From Macrostomum lignano (Eukaryota), in contig NIVC01002955.1 in assembly GCA_002269645.1 (NCBI GenBank), positions 62,001 to 126,000 on the forward strand: a stretch of 64,000 nt of DNA, written 5' to 3'. The notes under the pieces are model-generated. The model was not told the origin of the DNA. It saw only the letters and a list, made by a program, of their open reading frames with translations, and did not search any database. This document shows positions 61,083 through 64,000 of the stretch, in pieces (the stretch's first letter is position 1; every line of letters starts with the position of its first letter). The position numbers and the translations under genes are program-made.

Positions 61083-62929
61083 GGGGGGGGGTTTCACTAG
61101 GCCGAAATTTCACTTTGCCGAAATGACTAGCATGCTCTTTCATATGGCCGAAACTTCACTAGGCCGAAACTTCACTTTGACGAAAAATCATTTTAGCAGC
61201 CTCTTTCACTAGGCCGAAACTTCACTAGGCCGAAACTTCACATTGCCGAAATGACTAGACTAGTTAGAAGACATTAGCGTTTCAGTGCCCGAGCAGTACT
61301 ATTCCTGATTATCTCCGAGTAGGTTGACTAAATAGACTAAAGTTGCCAGGGAAACGGGGCGGACTATTCTAAGGGGGCCTGACTATTGCGTAATGGGGAA
61401 ACAGTGACTTAGAACGACTCATAGCGATTCAAAAATACGAAATACGAACTATTAATTTTTTTAATTACTAAACTACTAAATACTGGTATCATGAAACTAA
61501 AAATTATTACCGTTACATACTATATTTTTCAGTTTAAATATACTCCAAAACATCTCCGAAAGTCTTTAATGATCGAAGATCTCTTTGAAAAAATTTACCA
61601 TCTTTGGAATTTGTCTTCACAAATGAAATGTCTTCAGTGAATGTCTTCAATCATCTTGCTTGCGTATATGCTGACAGTTCACAGAAGCCAGAGAATTAGA
61701 GATTAAGAGCTATGCATATTCTATGAATCGGAATCTAGGCAAATCTGCATACTTTCAAAGGAGCCTTAAAACAACGAGCACTCTACAACTTAAAAAGTCC
61801 ATCGGACTGAGACAAAAAATGCAATGGAAATAAGCAATCAAAGTTAACCCTAAAAATGAAGTAATTATGGAACGTCGAAAATATTCCATACAAAAACTGA
61901 GTGACCATATCGTGCTCCCACTTTAGTAGCAGTAACGCTTAGGTCAAAATAAAGAAACTGGTGCAGAGAAATCGCCACTGCTTGCTTGCGGTTCCATTTT
62001 GGAGTCTTAAAGTGCACACCCTTTCGACCATTAGTAAGAAGGATGCTGCTAAAATGATTTTTCGGCAAAGTGAAGTTTCGGCCTAGTGAAAGAGGCTGCT
62101 AAAATGATTTTTCGGCAAAGTGAAGTTTCGGCCTAGTGAAAGAGGCTGCTAAAATGATTTTTCGGCAAAGTGAAGTTTCGGCCTAGTGAAGGAGGCTGCT
62201 AAGATGATTTTTCGGCCTAATGAAGTTTCGGCCTTATGAAAGAGCATGCTAGTCATTTCGGCAAAGTGAAGTTTCGGCCTAGTGAAGTTTCGGTCTAGTG
62301 AAAGAAGCTGCTAAAATGATTTTTCCGGCATTGTGAAGTTTCGGCCTAGTGAAGTTTCGGCCTTATGAAAGAGCGTGCTAGTCATTTCGGCAAAGTGAAG
62401 TTTCGGCCTAGTGAAGTTTCGGCCTAGTGAAAGAGGCTGCTAAAAAGATTTTTCGGCAAAGTGAAGTTTCGGCCTAGTGAAGTTTCGGCCTTATGAAAGA
62501 GCATGCTAGTCATTTCGGTAAAGTGAAGTTTCGGCCTAGTGAAGTTTCGGCCTAGTGAAAGAGGCTGCTAAAATGATTTTTCGGCAAAGTGAAGTTTCGG
62601 CCTAGTGAAGTTTCGGCCTTATGAAAGAGCATGCTAGTCATTTCGGTAAAGTGAAGTTTCGGCCTAGTGAAGTTTCGGCCTAGTGAAAGAGGCTGCTAAA
62701 ATGATTTTTCGGCAAAGTGAAGTTTCGGCCTAGTGAAGTTCGGCCTTATGAAAGAGCATGCTAGTCATTTCGGCAAAGTGAAGTTTCGGCCTAGTGAAGT
62801 TTCGGCCTAGTGAAAGAGGCTGCTAAAATGATTTTTCGGCAAAGTGAAGTTTCGGCCTGGTGAAATTTCGGCCTAGTGAAAGAGGCTGCTTTTCGGCGAA
62901 GTGAAATTTCGGCCTAATGAAAGCGCCCC
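61083..62929. mobile_element. foldback-type element with modular inverted arms (16-bp AGTGAAGTTTCGGCCT units)
   Basis: Left arm (about 61083-61260) tttcactaggccgaaatttcac pairs with the right end gtgaaatttcggcctaatgaaa; right arm expanded over 62040-62929; TSD TCTACATG at 61075-61082 and 62930-62937. Confidence 0.85.
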
Positions 62930-64000
62930 TCTACATGTAGCTATTAGCTCGTAATGAGCACAATAGACTGTTAAACAATTATTAAATTTTGAATTGTATC
63001 CACTAAAATTTTATTTTTGGAATTTGTTTTACGTAAAAGACTTTGGATTCGAAAGTTTTCAAATGATTTGAATGTTTCAACCAAGAGAATGGGAGGTCGG
63101 ATTACATTTTTTTCTGAGCGATTTCTTGGAGGTTTTGTCAATGCCCTGAGTGCTTTGAAAATTAAAAAAAGTGAAATGGTAAATACTACCTTTATGGAAT
63201 TAGAAAAAATTAAAATAAAAACTTTTTAATTTGTAAAGACATTCCTGCGATTCCTGTAATTCCTGCTGTCAATGTGTTCCGCCGACTGCTTGCTTTACAT
63301 ACTTTTTCATCATTCCAATAATCCAATATTCAATATACCCCCTTGAGGACCCCCTCTTTATTCTGGTTTCCCCTCTATGAACCAGTGCGAGTATTTTATC
63401 ACCCAAATGCACACACCAAAACCTCATTTCGAATTCACAATCTTTTTATTCTTTGCTAATCCAATATTTTCGCTGATATATTATAAGCCCGGGCTGACCC
63501 GAGGGTCCCTTCAGACCTAATCGTTTAAAAACAGAAAAGACATTCCTAACTAGCTGAGTGCAAATAATTCTGAGTGCACCTGCCTTGATAAATGTTGCTG
63601 CAAAATGCTTCCTTGACATTTTACCTGCAGAAACAGAATTTAAACGCTGCAACAGCTTCTAAATGTGGCTTGTTAGTTGGTTAATTGTTTTATATCTTGT
63701 TGCGGCTGTACTATCCGCTGAACTTATATTAGCCGTCAGTTTATGCATGCTAAACCATAAAAACTCTGCACAAGCAGATCCGCTCGTATGGCTCGTATGT
63801 TTCTTGCTTCAGCGTCCAGCTCTGCGTCTACAGAGCGTTGTTTGTGCAATAGTTGAACGTTCTTGGGTGCTCTTTTGAGTTGATTATCCCACCGCTTTCA
63901 TCAGGTTGTAATAGTTCCAATTTTCCTGCCTGTTCGAGTCCTACAGATGCCTCCAAATCTGTTGTAGGGTTATTTTAATCTTAATCGCTGTTATCAATTC

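Noticed and set aside
63446-63878. Short ORFs near the window end
   Set aside because: No motif and no consistent exon structure

Overview
AT-rich, intron-containing animal genomic DNA with no prokaryotic features. Host genes: a gene with about six tandem LRAT-like domains (-, 3810-7477), an F-box/LRR gene (+, 10000-17998), a claudin/PMP22-family gene (+, 20161-22763), a DNAH5/8-type axonemal dynein heavy chain (-, 23389-39980, 5' end not found), and a secreted double-WSC gene with two 9-nt micro-exons (+, 55407-56998). The main mobile element is a 14.8-kb Polinton/Maverick (adintovirus-like) endogenous virus at 40421-55253. It carries integrase, protein-primed PolB, adenain protease, packaging ATPase, major and minor capsid proteins, PLA2, a pX-like protein and about 600-bp TIRs. 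Its six frameshifts can all be repaired by adding one base to a short homopolymer. Also present: a 2.15-kb tyrosine-recombinase retroelement (Ngaro/PAT-type split direct repeats) lacking gag and RT, a 5'-truncated RNase H-bearing LINE, two copies of a tRNA-headed SINE with TSDs, several MITE/foldback elements and many intronic minisatellites. All protein-family calls come from motifs recognised by eye; no database searches were run.
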